A stretch of 64,000 bases of DNA from Escherichia coli (GCF_022846255.1 NZ_AP025682.1), one strand, 5' to 3'. Shown: positions 13,267 to 24,379, numbered from the stretch's first letter. Notes: generated from the sequence alone by a model not told the origin. A program made the numbers and translations.

Positions 13267-14178
13267 ATGGATGACTGTGGTGCGGTTTTGCATAATATTG
13301 AAACAAAATGGCTTTATGATTTTCTGACCCTGGAAAAATGCCGCAACTTTTCCCAGGCGGCAGTCAGTCGCAACGTCTCGCAACCAGCATTCAGCCGCCG
13401 CATCCGTGCGCTGGAACAGGCGATTGGTGTTGAATTGTTTAACCGCCAGGTAACGCCGCTGCAACTCTCAGAACAAGGGAAAATCTTCCATTCGCAGATC
13501 CGCCATCTGTTGCAACAGTTAGAGAGCAATCTGGCAGAGCTGCGTGGCGGCAGCGATTACGCGCAACGTAAAATCAAGATAGCCGCTGCACACTCTCTTT
13601 CCCTCGGTCTGTTACCGTCCATTATCAGCCAGATGCCGCCGCTCTTTACCTGGGCAATTGAAGCCATTGATGTCGATGAAGCGGTCGATAAACTGCGTGA
13701 AGGGCAAAGTGACTGTATTTTTTCCTTTCACGACGAAGATTTGCTGGAAGCGCCGTTTGACCACATCCGCTTATTTGAATCTCAATTGTTCCCCGTCTGC
13801 GCCAGTGACGAACACGGAGAAGCACTTTTTAACCTCGCTCAGCCACACTTTCCGTTACTGAATTACAGCCGCAACTCCTACATGGGGCGATTGATTAATC
13901 GCACCCTGACGCGCCACAGCGAGTTAAGTTTCAGCACCTTTTTTGTCTCTTCGATGAGCGAGCTATTAAAGCAGGTTGCCCTCGACGGCTGTGGGATTGC
14001 CTGGCTGCCGGAGTATGCCATCCAACAAGAAATTCGCAGCGGGCAGCTCGTTGTACTGAATCGGGACGAACTGGTGATCACGATTCAGGCCTATGCATAC
14101 CGGATGAATACCCGCATGAATCCAGTTGCCGAACGCTTCTGGCGTGAACTGCGCGAGCTGGAGATTGTGCTTAGCTGA
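13267..14178 (+). CDS. hypT: LysR-type transcriptional regulator (hypochlorite-responsive HypT)
   Basis: 303-aa LysR-family protein with an N-terminal HTH (FSQAAVSRNVSQPAFSRRIRALE). Confidence 0.9.
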   Translation: MDDCGAVLHNIETKWLYDFLTLEKCRNFSQAAVSRNVSQPAFSRRIRALEQAIGVELFNRQVTPLQLSEQGKIFHSQIRHLLQQLESNLAELRGGSDYAQRKIKIAAAHSLSLGLLPSIISQMPPLFTWAIEAIDVDEAVDKLREGQSDCIFSFHDEDLLEAPFDHIRLFESQLFPVCASDEHGEALFNLAQPHFPLLNYSRNSYMGRLINRTLTRHSELSFSTFFVSSMSELLKQVALDGCGIAWLPEYAIQQEIRSGQLVVLNRDELVITIQAYAYRMNTRMNPVAERFWRELRELEIVLS

Positions 14179-14213
14179 CATTATTCTGCAAAACATGGAA
14201 TTTTGACATTAAC

Positions 14214-14239
14214 GCCGGATGGAGATTAATCCATCCGGC
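14214..14239. terminator. 10-bp perfect inverted repeat (gccggatgga / tccatccggc) between convergent genes
   Basis: Hairpin read directly from the sequence between the hypT stop and the NhaC-like gene stop; no strong U-tract, so terminator function is uncertain. Confidence 0.35.
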
Positions 14240-14264
14240 AAACGCATTTATTATCTTGAATAAC

Positions 14265-15668
14265 TCAGGCCTTTGCTTCGTTGAAGCGCAGTAAACGGAA
14301 ACCTGTAGAAGCATAGATCAACGCAAATATCATCGAGCAGAAACAGAATACACAGTACGGCAAGTAACTAAACGTCGGCACGCCTAGTGTTGTCGCCATA
14401 TACAATCCGGCAGCTGACCACGGAATAATTGGCGCGCTCATGGTGCCAAAATCTTCCAGCGTTCGGGCTAAGACTAACGGTGATAAATTAAGATCTTCGA
14501 ATTTCTTCATCATCAATTCAGATATAACAATCTTATTCAAACCATCAGAACCGGTAAGTAAGTTAATGATGATCGCTAAAACACCGCTTGCCAGAATAGC
14601 GCCAAAGGCACTTTTTATTTTGTTTGCCGCACTTTGTAATGTGACATCCATCATTCCTGTTCCCGTCAGGATGCCAGCAAACATCATGGCGCAGATAATA
14701 AATGACAGGAATCCGCCCTGATTATTCAGGCCGCCTTGTTCAAGCAGTTCTTTCACAGAAGGTAACAGCGTCGTTGAATCAGTGATCATCGTCAGACGGA
14801 AACCACTCATTGTGGCCTTAATACCTTCGGCCAGCGGGAAACCTTGATACAGCCATCCAACCAATACGGCCACGAACGCACTGCTTAATAATGCCGGTAC
14901 TGTAGGCAAACGCAAAAAGGTAAAGCACAGAACAATAAGCATAGGCAGTAGCGGTAACAGACCAAACTTATATAACTCTTTGAGCTGTACCAGCATCTGC
15001 ATGCTTTCTGGTGAAATAGAGCCCGTAGAAGTATGAATCATTCCCAGCCAGGTAAAAAACAGCAGGCTAATAATCGTTGATGGGATGGTCGTCCAGAGTA
15101 GATATTTAATCAGATCATAAAGTTTAGTTTTGGTTACCGCTGAAGTCAGGTTAGTGGTATCACTTAACGGTGAAAGTTTGTCGCCAAAATAAGCCCCGGT
15201 AACAATGGCTGCCGCCAGAATTGGAAGATCGGCATGTAAGCCGGAACCGATGCCCATTAATGCAACACCAATAGAAGCGACAGATCCCCATGATGCCCCG
15301 GAAACATAGGACAATACTGCGTTCAGAAAAAACGCTATGGCATAAAGCCATGCGGGCGCAACCAGTAACATACCGTAATAAACCAGCATCGGCAGTGTAC
15401 CTGCATAGCTCCATGTCGCGACCATAAAGCCAACGAAAATAACGATAAGTACTGGTGCCATCACCGCCGAAATCTTATCGATAATAAACCCCTGGATTTC
15501 ATCCCAGGTATATTTCAGCTTAGCCATTGCAATAATGCAGGAAAACGCCGCTGAAATTAATAAACAGACGCTGGCAGGCCAGCCCATAACACCGATGCCA
15601 ACAACCAACACGATCATCATAAAAATGATCGGTGTAAGCGCGACATAAAAACTGGGTTTTTCTCTCAT
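14265..15668 (-). CDS. NhaC-family transporter (Na+/H+ antiporter or organic-acid antiporter superfamily)
   Basis: 467-aa polytopic membrane protein; 14-nt gap after the FAD oxidoreductase gene upstream on the same strand. Confidence 0.7.
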   Translation of the reverse strand: MREKPSFYVALTPIIFMMIVLVVGIGVMGWPASVCLLISAAFSCIIAMAKLKYTWDEIQGFIIDKISAVMAPVLIVIFVGFMVATWSYAGTLPMLVYYGMLLVAPAWLYAIAFFLNAVLSYVSGASWGSVASIGVALMGIGSGLHADLPILAAAIVTGAYFGDKLSPLSDTTNLTSAVTKTKLYDLIKYLLWTTIPSTIISLLFFTWLGMIHTSTGSISPESMQMLVQLKELYKFGLLPLLPMLIVLCFTFLRLPTVPALLSSAFVAVLVGWLYQGFPLAEGIKATMSGFRLTMITDSTTLLPSVKELLEQGGLNNQGGFLSFIICAMMFAGILTGTGMMDVTLQSAANKIKSAFGAILASGVLAIIINLLTGSDGLNKIVISELMMKKFEDLNLSPLVLARTLEDFGTMSAPIIPWSAAGLYMATTLGVPTFSYLPYCVFCFCSMIFALIYASTGFRLLRFNEAKA

Positions 15669-15682
15669 AACTTTATTCCCTG

Positions 15683-17053
15683 TTAAAAGACTTTTACGCC
15701 ATTTTGCTGTAAGCGTTCCTGTACCGTCTGAATATCTACCTGTGAAACGGTAGTGTTATTTTTAATGGCAATAGCAGCGGCAGTCCCTGCACCTTCTCCA
15801 GTGACAATACAACACCCCATATTACGGATTGTCGCGTAGGCGAAATTATCTGCATCGATTGCCCGTCCGCAAACCAACAGGTTTTCAACTTGCTGCGGAA
15901 TCATTACGCCATAAGGGATTTGAAAATAGTTCGCTTCAAGAGGTAATTTAAGATGACCATTTCCATCTATAAACTCAGGGAATACCCCTATTGAATCCGC
16001 ATGACGTCCCTCATTACAAATATCATTTTCAGTTAATTGTGTTCGCCCGAGAATATGTCTTGATTCCCTTGTTCCCACCGTCATACCGAAGTTTTTTAAT
16101 TGTGCCTGTTCAAATCCTGGCTGGAATTGACGCAACGCTTCTATCGCCTGCATGGCTTGTTTGCGGCCCTCTATTTCGGCACGCGTCAGGTCAAAAACAT
16201 CTGTACAATCAACGGCAGGGATGCTGACAACGTTCAAGTAATTCGCATCACCATACTCGGTGACCGTACTCCAGGAACCGCCTAATGTCACATCTTCAGG
16301 AATAATTCCTGCCGCCTTTCCTTTCGCAAAGACTTTACCCAGATAAGGGCTAAACATATCGCGACAAGATTCATGAACATCATAAGACCAGTTTTTATTT
16401 TCTTCATCCGCCCCCCAGTCTCCATATTTAGGTTCCGTGCTCTTAATATTTTGCATGAACGCGTTTTTATTTATATTTGCGCAACTAAAAACGGTTGTCA
16501 TACACATTAGCTCTTCGCGTTCACGCTTAATAAATGGTGCTCCGGCAAACCATGCAATATCAGCATCGCCAGTACAGTCAATAATGACATTTGCCAAAAT
16601 AGCCTGACGACCAGATTTACTCTCTGTTATTACGCCGAGTAAATTATTGCCCTGCTTGATAACATCAACGGCGGTAATGTGTAGTACGCGGCGCACACCT
16701 GCCTGTTCAAGCATTGCATCCGCAACCAGTTTGAAACGCTCGGCGTTAATAGCCTGACTATTCGATTGCGGCTCAGGGCTGGACGCCCCCATTGATTTTG
16801 CCGTTTCTTCTATTTCGCGTGCCAGTCCACCTGACTCTACCGTATTTTCATGACGCCACCAGGCAATTGACTCGACGCCAGCCGTTGTCATCATTCCGCC
16901 AAAACAACCGAAACGTTCAATCAGCATAGTAGCTGCGCCTTCACGAGCGGCACTCATTGCTGCGGCAATACCCGATGGACCACCACCAACAACTAACACT
17001 TCCGTGGTTGCCAGCACAGGTATATTACGAGCGGGTTCCAGATAAAATTCCAT
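15683..17053 (-). CDS. FAD-dependent oxidoreductase, paralogue A
   Basis: N-terminal dinucleotide-binding motif VLVVGGGPSGIAAA; ATG at 17051-17053 with a ggaga SD; paralogous to the ORF at 26207..27601 (shared motifs GGxLTxxGVESxAWxRH, CTGDADIA, FQIPYG). Confidence 0.8.
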   Translation of the reverse strand: MEFYLEPARNIPVLATTEVLVVGGGPSGIAAAMSAAREGAATMLIERFGCFGGMMTTAGVESIAWWRHENTVESGGLAREIEETAKSMGASSPEPQSNSQAINAERFKLVADAMLEQAGVRRVLHITAVDVIKQGNNLLGVITESKSGRQAILANVIIDCTGDADIAWFAGAPFIKREREELMCMTTVFSCANINKNAFMQNIKSTEPKYGDWGADEENKNWSYDVHESCRDMFSPYLGKVFAKGKAAGIIPEDVTLGGSWSTVTEYGDANYLNVVSIPAVDCTDVFDLTRAEIEGRKQAMQAIEALRQFQPGFEQAQLKNFGMTVGTRESRHILGRTQLTENDICNEGRHADSIGVFPEFIDGNGHLKLPLEANYFQIPYGVMIPQQVENLLVCGRAIDADNFAYATIRNMGCCIVTGEGAGTAAAIAIKNNTTVSQVDIQTVQERLQQNGVKVF

Positions 17054-17339
17054 ACTTTATCTCCGTATTCAATAATTGAGTAAAACAATCCCCCGCGCTT
17101 ATATAAGCGCGTTGATATTTTTAATTATTAACAAGCAACATCATGCTAATACAGACATACAAGGAGATCATCTCTCTTTGCCTGTTTTTTATTATTTCAG
17201 GAGTGTAAACACATTTTCCGCCTCCCTGGCTAATAACCACATTGGCATTTATGGAGCACATCACAATATTTCAATACCATTAAAGCACTGCACCAAAGTG
17301 AAACACTGCGACATTAAAATTATTTCAATTTGAAAAGCA

Positions 17340-19289
17340 TCAATCTGCATGCTCAACATTTGGATAGAGATTATAGATTTTAAGTTTGCGCCATAATGTT
17401 GTACGACCAATTTTTAATACTTCAGCTGCTTTAGTTAGATTCCATTCGCAGACACGACATGTATGCTCAATAGCTTGCATCTCCAATTCTGCCAGTGAAG
17501 TAAGATGAGGGATATCATCGTCGCCACTACTGTTATTTTGTCGGATATCCAGAGGAATATTCTCTAACCCGAGGACAAGTCGATTGCAGTTAATAAATAC
17601 CTTCTCCATTCGATTTTTGAACTCGGAGATGTTCCCAGGCCAACGGTACTCAAGCAGAACTGAATTTGCGTCAGGCGTGATTGTCATTTTTTTTCGAGTG
17701 CGCTCCTGATACTTATCAATAATATCGTCAATCATTTGCTTGAGATCTTCACGACGTTTGCGCAATGGCGGAATTTCAATTTCATTCATGGAGATCTCAT
17801 AATATAGCTGTCGGCTAAAAGCCCCTTGTTGCACGTACTCACGTAAAGAACTACTGGTACATGTAATCAGGCGAAAGCGTACGGGGATCAAACGATGGCT
17901 GTCTGAGCGAGTAACAAGCCCCGTTTTCAATACTTTCAATAAAACACTCTGAACTTCCCCTGATAGATATTCGACTTTATCCAGATATAAGGTGCCATTA
18001 TGAGCCAGTTCAAATTTCGATGGCGAAGGGCCAACATCAGAGCCAAGAAGTTCGTGTAAGATATTTTCTGGTGATAGCATCTGACAATCTACAGAAATAA
18101 ATGGCCCATCACGTTGCTCGCTCTCATTATGTATTGCCATCGCCAAACTCAATTTTCCCACACCTTCTTCGCCATTGATCAAAATCGGAGAGATGGATTT
18201 AATTGCCCGGCGAGCGATAAGTAATACCTGCTTCATACCACCTGAAGCCGCATGTAAACTGTCAAAGGTAAAATTTGCATTAGTGCTTATTTGCTGTTGG
18301 GCTATTTTCCTGATTTTGTCTAATGGATGAAGAAAAAGCAAAAACGAACCATCGCTTAACGGGCGAAGGGTAACCATAAGTTCAATAAATTCGCCACGGC
18401 ATTCGAGGACAATTTGCTTTTGCGATAGTTTGTTTCGTTGTGTAATTGCCTCATTCAAAATCGGCGGAAATACGAATCCTTTTCGGATGTTCTGACCAAT
18501 TAAACTTTCTTTATCAATATTCAGTAATGTTTGTGCTTGAGAATTAACCATCGTAATTAAAGAATGACTATTCCAACAAATAAAACCGTCATCCATACAT
18601 TCAATCACAGCATTATGCTGGCAAAGTACTTTGTTTATTAACTTTTGTTCATTCTCAATATAGATATAATTAGCGATTTCTGTTGCACATGAATATGATG
18701 TTTTTAATTTAACAAGCTCGGCGGTGGTTTCAATTATACATACAATGTATCCATGTATATTACCATAATAATCAATGACCGGAGCTGCGCTCATCGCATA
18801 ACAATGTAGCTGTTCACTAAAATGTTCTGCTCCTTCCAGTTGTGTATATAAATTTGTTTCCCGACAAAGACTATATACATTGGTTCCAATGCCATCTTCG
18901 GCCCATGACATACCAGATTCAATTCCTAACTCTCGCAATTGACTGGAATAATCGCCTGCTGCATTCAACGATAGAACCCAGCCGTGTGGGTCAATGATCA
19001 AAAATGCCAACCGGTCGTCACCAGCCAGGGTGAAATGGTCTTCAACAACTCTTTGTGAAATTCTAATAAACTCTTCGTTACGAGAAAAAATCGTCTGCAA
19101 TGTTTGCCCGGAAGCTTTGACAGGCGTGTTCCAGTGGCGAGGGTCACAATGCTTGAGACATTTTTGCCATGACCTCAGCATCACATGATTAGTCGAATTT
19201 GTCGCGACCCAACCATGCTTAACAAACATTTTCCATTTATTTTTTAGATCATTATGATACGACTCTTTATTCATTATAATAATATCCAT
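17340..19289 (-). CDS. DhaR-type transcriptional activator (sensory N-terminal region + AAA+ domain + C-terminal HTH) lacking the GAFTGA sigma-54 contact motif
   Basis: AAA+ Walker A GEEGVGK, ...HNESEQRDGPFISVDC..., C-terminal Fis-type HTH (IGRTTLWRKLK). The usual GAFTGA position reads GSDVGPSPSKFE, as in DhaR-like regulators that act with sigma-70. Confidence 0.8.
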   Translation of the reverse strand: MDIIIMNKESYHNDLKNKWKMFVKHGWVATNSTNHVMLRSWQKCLKHCDPRHWNTPVKASGQTLQTIFSRNEEFIRISQRVVEDHFTLAGDDRLAFLIIDPHGWVLSLNAAGDYSSQLRELGIESGMSWAEDGIGTNVYSLCRETNLYTQLEGAEHFSEQLHCYAMSAAPVIDYYGNIHGYIVCIIETTAELVKLKTSYSCATEIANYIYIENEQKLINKVLCQHNAVIECMDDGFICWNSHSLITMVNSQAQTLLNIDKESLIGQNIRKGFVFPPILNEAITQRNKLSQKQIVLECRGEFIELMVTLRPLSDGSFLLFLHPLDKIRKIAQQQISTNANFTFDSLHAASGGMKQVLLIARRAIKSISPILINGEEGVGKLSLAMAIHNESEQRDGPFISVDCQMLSPENILHELLGSDVGPSPSKFELAHNGTLYLDKVEYLSGEVQSVLLKVLKTGLVTRSDSHRLIPVRFRLITCTSSSLREYVQQGAFSRQLYYEISMNEIEIPPLRKRREDLKQMIDDIIDKYQERTRKKMTITPDANSVLLEYRWPGNISEFKNRMEKVFINCNRLVLGLENIPLDIRQNNSSGDDDIPHLTSLAELEMQAIEHTCRVCEWNLTKAAEVLKIGRTTLWRKLKIYNLYPNVEHAD

Positions 19290-19667
19290 TCAAGTCATTT
19301 TCAGAACTTGTATCAGAATGCTATGCCAGTAAGCTTGATCAAACGCAATAATATCTAGCCTGGATCATTACAAAAACAGACCTTATCAACAATGTAATCA
19401 CACATACATTAGAAATAATAACCGTTAAAGCAATAAAAAACGAATGATACATTAGATAAATTTTAAAACTGCCAACAACATCTGAAATCTTTGCGTTTGA
19501 TATTTATAATTATTCAAACTGAAACAACACAGGCATACGAGTTGTTTCACTGTGAAACAGTGCAGCGAAATTTGTTCTGCCCTTTTATTTCCTCAAAGAT
19601 ATTTCATCGTTAAATTCCAAAATTGACTGACTATTCAACTCAGCGTAAATATCAGGAGAAATAATGT

Positions 19668-21407
19668 ATGGCGAGGATGCGTGCAATCGAAGCTGCAGTA
19701 GAAATACTGAAAAAAGAAGGCATTAGCGTTGCTTTTGGTGTACCCGGCGCAGCAATAAACCCACTCTATGCCGCGATGAAAAAATCAGGCGGTATTGATC
19801 ATATTCTGGCCCGTCATGTTGAGGGCGCCTCGCATATGGCTGAAGGTTACACCCGCAGTCAGAATGGCAATATTGGCGTGTGTATTGGCACATCAGGCCC
19901 TGCGGGCACTGATATGATTACCGGGCTGTATTCTGCCTCTGCGGATTCCATTCCTATTCTCTGCATTACTGGTCAAGCTCCCGTAGGAAAACTTCATAAA
20001 GAAGATTTCCAGGCCGTCGATATTGAGGCTATCGCCACGCCAGTAACCAAAATGGCTCGCACAATTCTCGAAGCGGGTCAGTTGCCGGGGATATTCCAGA
20101 AAGCCTTCTGGGAAATGCGTTCAGGCCGCCCTGGCCCGGTTCTTTTAGATCTCCCTTTTGATGTTCAGATGACCGAAATTGAGTTTGATATCGATCTCTA
20201 TCAGCCACTCACTCCCTGGAAACCCCAGGCGACGCTGGCCCAGGCCGTACGCGCATTAGAAATGCTAAATGACGCCGAAAAGCCCGTCATCATCGCTGGC
20301 GGTGGCATTATTAACGCCGAAGCGAGTGAATTGTTGCGTGAGTTTGTCGAGTTAACTGGCGTTCCCGTCATTCAAACCTTACGCGGTTGGGGCGCTTTAT
20401 CAGACGATCACCCCCTAATGATTGGTCGCATGGGATGTCAGGCGGGTCATCGCTATGGTAACGCCAGTTATCTGGCCTCAGATTTTGTTTTTGGTATCGG
20501 TAACCGTTGGGCAAACCGCCATACCGGAGCCATTGAGACCTACACCGAAGGCCGCAAATTCATTCATGTTGATATCGAACCTGCACAAATTGGCCGGATA
20601 TTTGCGCCGGATCTGGGCATTGTTTCTGATGCTGAAAGCGCCTTAACGCTATTTATTCAGGTCGCCCGTGATATGAAGTCACGTGGAGAACTGAAAGACC
20701 GCAGTCGCTGGATTGCCGAATGTGCCGAGCGTAAACGCACAATGCTTCGTCGTTCAGACTTTGACTGCAATCCAATTAAACCGCAGCGCGTGTATCACGA
20801 AATGAATAAGGTTTTCGGACCGGAGACACGCTATATTTCGACAATTGGTCTGGCGCAAATCGCCGCAAACCAATTTTTACATGTTTACCGCCCACGCCAC
20901 TGGATTAATGCCTGTCAGGCTGGGCCGCTAGGCTGGACAATGCCCGCAGCACTGGGCGCGGTAAAAGCTGATCCATCTGTTCCCGTTGTGGCAATATCCG
21001 GTGATTACGATTTTCAGTTCTTGATTGAAGAATTAGCCGTCGGCGCACAATTTAATCTTCCGTATATCCATATTTTACTTAACAACGCTTATCTTGGTTT
21101 GATTCGTCAATCACAACGTGCATTTGATATTGATTATTGCGTTCAACTGTCATTTGAAAATATTAATGCTCCAGAAATTAATGGTTATGGCGTTGATCAT
21201 AAAGCTGTGGTTGAAGGATTAGGATGTAAAGCGATTCGCGTATTCGCATCACAGGATATTGCGCCTGCACTGCAAGAAGCCCAGCGTTTGCGTGACGAAT
21301 TTCACGTACCTGTTGTTGTGGAAATTATTACTGAACGCGTGACTAATATCGCTATGGGACCTGACATTAATAAAGTCACAGAATTTGAAGAAATTCTCGA
21401 TTTATAA
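19668..21407 (+). CDS. gcl: Glyoxylate carboligase-like thiamine-diphosphate enzyme
   Basis: 579-aa TPP enzyme whose N-terminal region (GVPGAAINP...[19 protein letters not shown]...[32 protein letters not shown]) closely resembles Gcl as I recall it; followed by hyi-, glxR- and glxK-like genes. The symbol denotes a paralogue, not necessarily the allantoin-regulon gcl. Confidence 0.75.
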   Translation: MARMRAIEAAVEILKKEGISVAFGVPGAAINPLYAAMKKSGGIDHILARHVEGASHMAEGYTRSQNGNIGVCIGTSGPAGTDMITGLYSASADSIPILCITGQAPVGKLHKEDFQAVDIEAIATPVTKMARTILEAGQLPGIFQKAFWEMRSGRPGPVLLDLPFDVQMTEIEFDIDLYQPLTPWKPQATLAQAVRALEMLNDAEKPVIIAGGGIINAEASELLREFVELTGVPVIQTLRGWGALSDDHPLMIGRMGCQAGHRYGNASYLASDFVFGIGNRWANRHTGAIETYTEGRKFIHVDIEPAQIGRIFAPDLGIVSDAESALTLFIQVARDMKSRGELKDRSRWIAECAERKRTMLRRSDFDCNPIKPQRVYHEMNKVFGPETRYISTIGLAQIAANQFLHVYRPRHWINACQAGPLGWTMPAALGAVKADPSVPVVAISGDYDFQFLIEELAVGAQFNLPYIHILLNNAYLGLIRQSQRAFDIDYCVQLSFENINAPEINGYGVDHKAVVEGLGCKAIRVFASQDIAPALQEAQRLRDEFHVPVVVEIITERVTNIAMGPDINKVTEFEEILDL

Positions 21408-21419
21408 GGAAACAGGATT

Positions 21420-22202
21420 ATGGCAAAGTTTGCAGCAAATTTATCTATGCTCTTTACCGAGTATCCATTTATTGAACGTTTTGCACAAGCAAGTCACGCA
21501 GGATTCCACGGCGTTGAGTATCTTTTCCCCTATGACTTTTCCGCAGATGAGTTGGTTTCGCAACTGCATCAACATAATCTGACGCAGGTTCTGTTTAATC
21601 TTCCTGCGGGTAACTGGCAAGAGGGTGAACGGGGTATTGCATGTCATCCTGGTCGGGCAAAAGAATTTCAGGAGGGCGTTTCCAGGGCAATAGAGTATGC
21701 ATTGGCCCTTAATTGTTCACAAGTTAATTGCCTTGCAGGAAAACATCCAGGTGGTTATTCGCATGAACAATGTCATGAAACACTGGTCGAAAATTTGCGC
21801 TATGCAGTAGATAAATTGGCTTCTCATGGCATAAAGTTAGTTCTGGAAGCCATTAATACAAAAGATATTCCCGGTTTTTTTGTTAACAACACCAGACAAG
21901 CTCTCAATATTATTCATGATGTAAATCATCCTGATTTTCGCTATCAATACGATATTTATCATATGCAAATCATGGAAGGGAATATTGCTACAACAATCAA
22001 AAACAACCTGAATAACATTGGACATATTCAATTAGCCGATAACCCTGGGCGTCATGAACCAGGGACGGGAGAAATTAATTACCCGTGGTTGTTAAATTAT
22101 ATAGACCAGATTGGTTATCAGGGATGGATTGGTTGCGAATATGTTCCATCTACGACAACGACTGAAAGTCTACGCTGGCTAAAAAACGAGACTCAATTTT
22201 AA
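21420..22202 (+). CDS. hyi: Hydroxypyruvate isomerase-like TIM-barrel protein
   Basis: 260 aa with N-terminal FAANLSMLFTEYPF and Hyi-like motifs (GEINYP, GWIGCEY); 12-nt gap after the gcl-like gene. Confidence 0.75.
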   Translation: MAKFAANLSMLFTEYPFIERFAQASHAGFHGVEYLFPYDFSADELVSQLHQHNLTQVLFNLPAGNWQEGERGIACHPGRAKEFQEGVSRAIEYALALNCSQVNCLAGKHPGGYSHEQCHETLVENLRYAVDKLASHGIKLVLEAINTKDIPGFFVNNTRQALNIIHDVNHPDFRYQYDIYHMQIMEGNIATTIKNNLNNIGHIQLADNPGRHEPGTGEINYPWLLNYIDQIGYQGWIGCEYVPSTTTTESLRWLKNETQF

Positions 22203-22219
22203 TCCCTGAGGTATTTATC

Positions 22220-23107
22220 ATGAATATTGGATTTATCGGCACCGGCATAATGGGTAAGCCGATGGCTTATAATTTACAACAAGCCGGACATACTCTTTAT
22301 TTTTCAGCGCATTTTGAACCTGCACCGCAAGAGCTTATTGGTGAACGTGGCATTGTTTGCTCTACACCGCGTGAAGTCGCGCAGGAGTGTGAGGTCATCA
22401 TCACCATGCTCCCTGATACCCCACATGTTGAGGATGTTCTTTTTCATCCCAACTATGGCGTAATACACGGTTTAAGCCACGGGAAAATTGTGATTGATAT
22501 GAGTTCAATTTCCCCGGTTGCCACCAAAGCATTTGCACAACGTATTATCGCGGGAGGCGCGGAATATATCGATGCGCCCGTCTCTGGCGGTGAAGTTGGC
22601 GCGAAAGCCGGGACGCTTTCCATTATGGTTGGCGGATGTGAAGAGGTTTATTTGCAGATCAAACCGATTCTGGAATTGATGGGTAAAAATATCACTCTGG
22701 TCGGTAACGTCGGTGATGGTCAAACGTGCAAAGTCGCTAACCAAATTATTGTTGCACTGAATATTGAAGCGGTGGCTGAAGCCCTGCTCTTTGCCAGTAA
22801 ATCAGGTGCCGATCCCGCCCGCGTACGTGAAGCGCTGATGGGAGGGTTTGCCTCCTCTCGCGTGCTGGAAGTTCATGGCGAACGGATGATTAAAGGAACA
22901 TTCGAACCCGGTTTTCGTATTAGTCTGCATCAAAAAGATCTGAATCTGGCGCTGGAGAATGCCCGCCTGTTGAATACCCCGCTTCCTAACACGGCGACGA
23001 CACAGCAGTTATTTAGCGCCTGCGCCGCGCTCGGTGGTAAAGAGTGGGATCATTCTGCGTTAATTCGGGCGCTTGAAACACAAGCCAATTTCACTATCCG
23101 TAAATAA
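22220..23107 (+). CDS. glxR: Tartronate semialdehyde reductase / 3-hydroxyisobutyrate dehydrogenase-family NAD(P) oxidoreductase
   Basis: N-terminal Rossmann motif GFIGTGIMG and conserved GDGQTCKVANQIIVALNIEAV...MGGFASSRVLEVHGERMIK block. Confidence 0.75.
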   Translation: MNIGFIGTGIMGKPMAYNLQQAGHTLYFSAHFEPAPQELIGERGIVCSTPREVAQECEVIITMLPDTPHVEDVLFHPNYGVIHGLSHGKIVIDMSSISPVATKAFAQRIIAGGAEYIDAPVSGGEVGAKAGTLSIMVGGCEEVYLQIKPILELMGKNITLVGNVGDGQTCKVANQIIVALNIEAVAEALLFASKSGADPARVREALMGGFASSRVLEVHGERMIKGTFEPGFRISLHQKDLNLALENARLLNTPLPNTATTQQLFSACAALGGKEWDHSALIRALETQANFTIRK

Positions 23108-23181
23108 TGAATTAAGGGAACCACCGGTTCCCTTCGTTCACTCATTGCCCTGCCCCATTCCCCTATTTTGAGAGACCTGCT

Positions 23182-24324
23182 ATGAAGATAGTTATCTCCC
23201 CCGACTCCTTTAAAGAATGCCTTCCTGCATGGAAAGTCGCCGAAGCGCTGGCAACCGGCTGGCGCAAGGTCCTGCCTGGCAGCCAACTGGTGTGTTTGCC
23301 CGTGGCTGATGGCGGCGAAGGCACGCTCGAAACACTCATTCATGCGACTGACGGTACGTTTTACACTAAAAAAGTCACCGGACCGCTTGGCGAATCAATA
23401 CATGCGCAATACGGTATTTTAGGCAACCAAACCACCGCAGTGATAGAACTGGCACAAGCTTCAGGGCTGGAACTGGTTTCTCCTGTCCAGCGTTCTCCCC
23501 TTTATACGACGTCGTTTGGCACTGGCGAACTTATTCTCGCCGCCCTGGAACACAATATTGATACCGTTATTCTATGCCTGGGTGGCAGTGCTACAAATGA
23601 TGGCGGTATTGGGTTGATGTCGGCACTTGGCGCATCGTTTACAGACGCCGAAGGGCTATCAGTCTCTGTTAATGGGATGGGGCTGGCGGCAATTCACCAC
23701 ATTGACTTACAGCACCTCGATCCACGATTGAAAAATGTGAAATTTATTGCGGCCTGTGATGTCACCAACCCACTAACCGGCGATAACGGCGCGACCCGGG
23801 TTTTTGCTCAACAAAAAGGGGCCAGTGCTAACGACCTTGAGCAACTGGAACAGGGAATGAAAAACTATGCCCGTTGCATCTACCGTTGTTGTGGTAAAGA
23901 CGTCGATACGATACCCGGTTCTGGGGCGGCTGGCGGCGTTGGCGCGGCCTTGATGGCTTTTCTCGATGCTCGCTTACAACCGGGTATTTCGCTCGTGCTG
24001 GAAGCGATTCAATATACCCAACATTTAAAATACGCAGCATTGGCCATTGTCGGTGAAGGGAAATTAGATAGTCAGAGCCTGAATGGCAAAGCGCCCGTAG
24101 GCGCAGCCAAAGTTGCCCAGATGATGGGCGTTCCGGTTATCGCAATTGCCGGGTATATCGATGATCAACTTGATCTGAATGAGTTACGCCAGTGTGGAAT
24201 AGAAGCCTGTTTTTCCGTCGTCAATGGTCCTTGTGATTTCCCCACCGCGCTGAGTCAGGGAGAAAATAATTTAATTCGTCTTGGGGAAAATCTGGCGGGA
24301 TATTTTCGTGCGATCCTGAGTTAA
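23182..24324 (+). CDS. glxK: Glycerate kinase
   Basis: 380-aa glycerate kinase-family protein (MKIVISPDSFKE...LPVADGGEGT...); last gene of the gcl-hyi-glxR-glxK operon. Confidence 0.75.
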   Translation: MKIVISPDSFKECLPAWKVAEALATGWRKVLPGSQLVCLPVADGGEGTLETLIHATDGTFYTKKVTGPLGESIHAQYGILGNQTTAVIELAQASGLELVSPVQRSPLYTTSFGTGELILAALEHNIDTVILCLGGSATNDGGIGLMSALGASFTDAEGLSVSVNGMGLAAIHHIDLQHLDPRLKNVKFIAACDVTNPLTGDNGATRVFAQQKGASANDLEQLEQGMKNYARCIYRCCGKDVDTIPGSGAAGGVGAALMAFLDARLQPGISLVLEAIQYTQHLKYAALAIVGEGKLDSQSLNGKAPVGAAKVAQMMGVPVIAIAGYIDDQLDLNELRQCGIEACFSVVNGPCDFPTALSQGENNLIRLGENLAGYFRAILS

Positions 24325-24379
24325 TTCCCGTTCGTTAAAATGCCCGATAATGCAAATTACCGGGCATTCCTGAATATCA

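Noticed and set aside
17076-17333. 85-codon ORF between the FAD oxidoreductase and the regulator gene
   Set aside because: Sits in a promoter/leader region on the strand opposite both flanking genes; no SD; AT-rich.
19668-21407. Possibility that the TPP enzyme is a sulfoacetaldehyde acetyltransferase (Xsc) or acetolactate synthase rather than glyoxylate carboligase
   Set aside because: The N-terminal sequence is very close to Gcl as I recall it, and it is followed by hyi-, glxR- and glxK-like genes, which is the glyoxylate-to-glycerate route; there are no sulfite exporter or ALS small-subunit genes nearby.
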